This document shows, one piece after another, positions 60,508 to 64,000 of a DNA stretch of 64,000 nucleotides. Numbering within the stretch: the first letter of the stretch is position 1; each line of letters opens with the position of its first letter. This DNA comes from Collinsella sp. (GTDB lineage Bacteria > Actinomycetota > Coriobacteriia > Coriobacteriales > Coriobacteriaceae). The translations under genes and the position numbers were made by a program. The notes under the pieces were generated by a model, which was not told the DNA's origin, searched no databases, and saw only the letters and a list, made by a program, of their open reading frames with translations. Location: positions 11,159 to 75,158 of the forward strand of contig DXLR01000016.1 in the NCBI GenBank assembly GCA_019414625.1. Direction: 5' to 3'.

Positions 60508-63500
60508 ATTCGGAGCGCAGGGCTTCGACGGGGTCCTTCTTGGATGCGCTACGGGCCGGCAGCAGGCCGGCAACAACCGTCAGCAGCACCGAAATTGCAA
60601 TGAGCACCAGCGCATCCTGCACGGGCAGGCTCATCAGATTGGGGACCTGTTTGGCAGCAAGCGCCCAGGCATTAACCGGAAAGCTCACGGCCACCACGAC
60701 GACAACAGCAAAGACGCCGGCAATGAGGCCCTCGATAAAGGTCTCGGCATTGAATACGTTGGCCACATTACGCTTCGACGCGCCGATCGCACGCAGGATG
60801 CCAATCTCCTTTTTGCGTTCCAGCACGCTGATGTAGGTGATGATGCCGATCATGATGGAGCTCACCACCAGGCTGATACTCACGAATGCGATGAGCACCA
60901 AGCTGATGGTGTTCACGATGTCGGTCACCGAACCCATGATGATGCCCATGTAGTCGGTGTATGAGATTGCCTGTTCATCGTGGCCAGAGGCTTTGACCTG
61001 CTTGTTGTACGCATCGATATGGTCGAGTACGCGCTCCTTGGCCTCAAAGTCACGCGGGAAAATCTTGACCGAGATGGGGTCCGCTTCATCCGCGTAGCCC
61101 AACGTGGTCAGATTGTTGTCGTAGGTGAGCTTCGACGCCTTGGCGTAACTCATCATGAGCGAACTCAGATCCTCGGCGTCCATGTTGAAATGGATGGCAC
61201 GAGCAAAGGCGCTCGCATCCACACGCATAGCGCTCGCCAGGTTGGCAAAACTCGACGACATCTGCGTCGCCATCTGGTCCATAAGCCCCGCTGCGCCCGC
61301 CTTGAGCTGGGACGATACCGTCGACGCTATCTGCTCGCTGATTGCCTTCATCACCTGGTCCATAGCCTGCTGCAGATACGGAGCCAGCTGCTTTTGCACA
61401 TAGTCGGTCATCGCCTGCTGCAGGCGCTCGGCCAGGGCATCGCCGCCGAGCGCTTTGAGCTGGACTAGGATTTGCTGGGCCGCAGCATCATTCTCAAGAT
61501 ACGTCGAGAACGCGGCGGCGAGCTTCGACGCGTCCTTAAGATCCTCGGGCGACAACGCCTTAAACTGCTCCGACTGCAAAAATCCCTCAAACAGCTGGTT
61601 GGCAAGCGTTCCCACCTGCTGCATTTGCTCGGGTGTGAGTTCCAGGCCGTCAAAGATGCCCGAGAAATCTGGTGCCGGCGCTTTGGCCATAATGTCGCTG
61701 AAATCGATGTCCTTCCCAACGCCCGAAAGGTCAATGTCCAGCCCGGATAAGTCGATACCAGAAAGGTCCATACCGCCGGCAACACCCGAGAGCGCAGATG
61801 CATCGAACGAGAACGCGCTCTTCAGCGCTGCCTCGTCCACACTGAACATGCTGCCTAGATCAACTCCTTGTTTGGCCTCGCCCTGCAGTTCATCGAAAGA
61901 CTTGCCCGTAAAGACATCCGTCTCGGGATGGGCAAGCTGTTCTTGCACAATCTGCGAATCGGCGGCGCGCTCCATAAGCTGGCGAGTCAGCGCATGCGTA
62001 TAGGCAATGCCCGGGGACAACGCGCTCGCATTGGCTGTCTCGTTAGGTCGCACCACGCCCACAACGTGCACGTCGATACCGTCGGCAACCTTGGCTGCCA
62101 TAAAGTCGGCGTCGCCAGACATGTCAGTCCACATGCCAGTCTCTTCGTTTTTGCGATAGGCATCGGCCGGCGACAACACCTTAAACGTGGTAGACAGCGC
62201 ATCGTCGTAGGTAAAGTCGGCACCGGTCTCGGGCGTTTCGACCCCACCGTCAGCCGTCATAGCGCTGTTTACCAGATCGTTGAGCTCATCGATATCCAGC
62301 GCACCGATGCTGTAGAGCGTGTAATCGCCCACCGTGCCGCGGCTCGAAAGCACCATTACGGCTTCGTTGGCAGACGTGGGCCAATGACCGGCGACAACAT
62401 CGTACTGGCTGTCGAGCAGACTCTGGTCGTCAATCATCTCGTTAAAGACCGAGGTTCCCATGGATTCCATGCTCACCGTCGCCGCCGAGCTCGCGCCTCC
62501 GCTCATGGCCTCGGTCATGGCGTTGGGCACCAGCCGGACAGGCTTCTCATCGCCCTTGCCGGCACGATAGACAACCGGCGATATACCGTAGCCGTACTGA
62601 ATGGCGTTGACCTCTTTATCGATGCCGTCGCCACCGGCATCGAGCCATGCCTTAAAGCTCGTCATATCGTTAGATTTAACACTTGCGAACATATCCTTTA
62701 CGGCCGTGACCACGGGAATCTTATCGGTTCCCTGAGCCTTGCCGCCGGCGCCGTCGTCGGACGAATCCACGTTTTCAGGCGAGTCATCATCCGCAGCCCC
62801 CTGCCCGCCCATCATGGAAGACAGGTCGTAGTCCTGCTTGGAGATCGTAAGCGGGTAACTCGAGAGCGTATCCTCCTCGACCTTTTTGATGTAATTGTTC
62901 ACGCCATTGGAGAGCGCCAGGATTGCCGCAATACCGATAATTCCAATCGAACCTGCAAAGGCCGTCATGGCCGTACGGCCCTTTTTGGTCATAAGGTTTC
63001 GGGCAGAAAGCCCCAGCGCCGTCACAAAGCTCATCGAGGTTTTGCGCGTAGGCTTGGCCTCACGGCGCGTGGCCTTGGCAATATCAAAAGGGTCGGAATC
63101 GTCGGTAATCTTGCCGTCCGCCAGATTGACGATGCGCGTAGCGTACTGGTACGCCAGCTCGGGATTGTGCGTGACCATAATCACCAGACGGTCGCGCGCC
63201 ACGTCCTTGAGCAGATCCATGACCTGCACGGATGTCGTTGAGTCCAGGGCGCCGGTCGGCTCGTCTGCCAGCACAATCTCGGGATCATTAATCAGGGCGC
63301 GGGCGATGGCCACGCGCTGCATCTGCCCGCCCGAAAGCTGACTCGGGCGCTTGTTAACGTGCTCGCCCAGGCCGACTTTCTCCAACGCCTCGCGCGCACG
63401 CTGGCGGCACTCGGCATGCCCCACGCCCGTGAGTGTAAGCGCCAGCTCCACGTTTTCCAAAATGGTCTGATGCGGAATGAGGTTATAGCTCTGGAACACA

Positions 63501-63760
63501 AAGCCGATGCGGTTATTGCGATAGGCATCCCAATCGCGATCGTGAAAATCCTTGGTCGAAATACCGTCGATCAGCAGGTCGCCGAAATCGAAATGATCGA
63601 GCCCACCGATAACGTTGAGCATCGTGGTTTTACCCGAGCCCGAGGGACCCAGAATGGCCACGAACTCGTTATCGCGAAAAGACAGGCTCACGCTGTCGAG
63701 CGCCACCTGCGTAAACGACTGCGTAACGTACCTTTTGCAAATACCTTTGAGCTCCAACAT
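60506..63760 (-). CDS. MacB-like ABC transporter, ATPase-permease fusion
   Basis: GPSGSGKTT, LSGGQMQR, ADEPTGALD; C-terminal VLERKKEIGILRAIGA and DPVEALRSE. Confidence 0.93.
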   Translation of the reverse strand: MLELKGICKRYVTQSFTQVALDSVSLSFRDNEFVAILGPSGSGKTTMLNVIGGLDHFDFGDLLIDGISTKDFHDRDWDAYRNNRIGFVFQSYNLIPHQTILENVELALTLTGVGHAECRQRAREALEKVGLGEHVNKRPSQLSGGQMQRVAIARALINDPEIVLADEPTGALDSTTSVQVMDLLKDVARDRLVIMVTHNPELAYQYATRIVNLADGKITDDSDPFDIAKATRREAKPTRKTSMSFVTALGLSARNLMTKKGRTAMTAFAGSIGIIGIAAILALSNGVNNYIKKVEEDTLSSYPLTISKQDYDLSSMMGGQGAADDDSPENVDSSDDGAGGKAQGTDKIPVVTAVKDMFASVKSNDMTSFKAWLDAGGDGIDKEVNAIQYGYGISPVVYRAGKGDEKPVRLVPNAMTEAMSGGASSAATVSMESMGTSVFNEMIDDQSLLDSQYDVVAGHWPTSANEAVMVLSSRGTVGDYTLYSIGALDIDELNDLVNSAMTADGGVETPETGADFTYDDALSTTFKVLSPADAYRKNEETGMWTDMSGDADFMAAKVADGIDVHVVGVVRPNETANASALSPGIAYTHALTRQLMERAADSQIVQEQLAHPETDVFTGKSFDELQGEAKQGVDLGSMFSVDEAALKSAFSFDASALSGVAGGMDLSGIDLSGLDIDLSGVGKDIDFSDIMAKAPAPDFSGIFDGLELTPEQMQQVGTLANQLFEGFLQSEQFKALSPEDLKDASKLAAAFSTYLENDAAAQQILVQLKALGGDALAERLQQAMTDYVQKQLAPYLQQAMDQVMKAISEQIASTVSSQLKAGAAGLMDQMATQMSSSFANLASAMRVDASAFARAIHFNMDAEDLSSLMMSYAKASKLTYDNNLTTLGYADEADPISVKIFPRDFEAKERVLDHIDAYNKQVKASGHDEQAISYTDYMGIIMGSVTDIVNTISLVLIAFVSISLVVSSIMIGIITYISVLERKKEIGILRAIGASKRNVANVFNAETFIEGLIAGVFAVVVVVAVSFPVNAWALAAKQVPNLMSLPVQDALVLIAISVLLTVVAGLLPARSASKKDPVEALRSE

Positions 63761-64000
63761 GGACGGCAACCTCTCCCACGCGGGCGCACTCGCCCGCTCT
63801 CCCCCGCCGTTCGTATTCGACGCGTTTGTCCTACTCTATCCCCATTTTTTGCCGGAGCCAGTGAGGAATGTAACGAACCGCGCCAAAAAACGAACGGGAC
63901 GGCGCCCAAAAGAAGAGGTCCCGAGCGGGACCTCTATATGGTGGAGCTTATCTTGAAAGGTAGCGGACTACTTCGCACAGCGGCGCACGATCCTCGCTAT

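Noticed and set aside
1..64000. tRNA, rRNA, integrase or RAYT genes
   Set aside because: None recognised in the window

Overview
High-GC bacterial chromosomal window. Gene content and style suggest a gut Coriobacteriia such as Collinsella (inference, not verified). The backbone holds housekeeping and accessory genes (trmL, class II uvrA-like, EF-G/TetM-like GTPase, rlmA, ung, prfC, tsaA, dus, transporters, regulators). A lower-GC island at about 26.6-43.5 kb contains decayed ICE-type genes (xis-like, pemK, sigma-r4), IS256 and IS3 remnants, and an apparently intact class III lanthipeptide cluster. That cluster has LanKC, two 43-aa precursors with SxxSxxC motifs (one absent from the ORF track, the other shown only with a longer false start), ABC exporters, and a convergent radical SAM/SPASM enzyme. 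A second cassette (54.3-60.5 kb) encodes a divergent agmatine-deiminase-like enzyme, an atypical carbamoyltransferase, TetR and two MFS paralogs. Several families of intergenic palindromes occur. One 31-33-bp family sits precisely at the borders of accessory genes. A probable preQ1 riboswitch precedes a YhhQ/VUT transporter-SDR operon, and a C8 tract splits a GGDEF-PAS-GGDEF gene.
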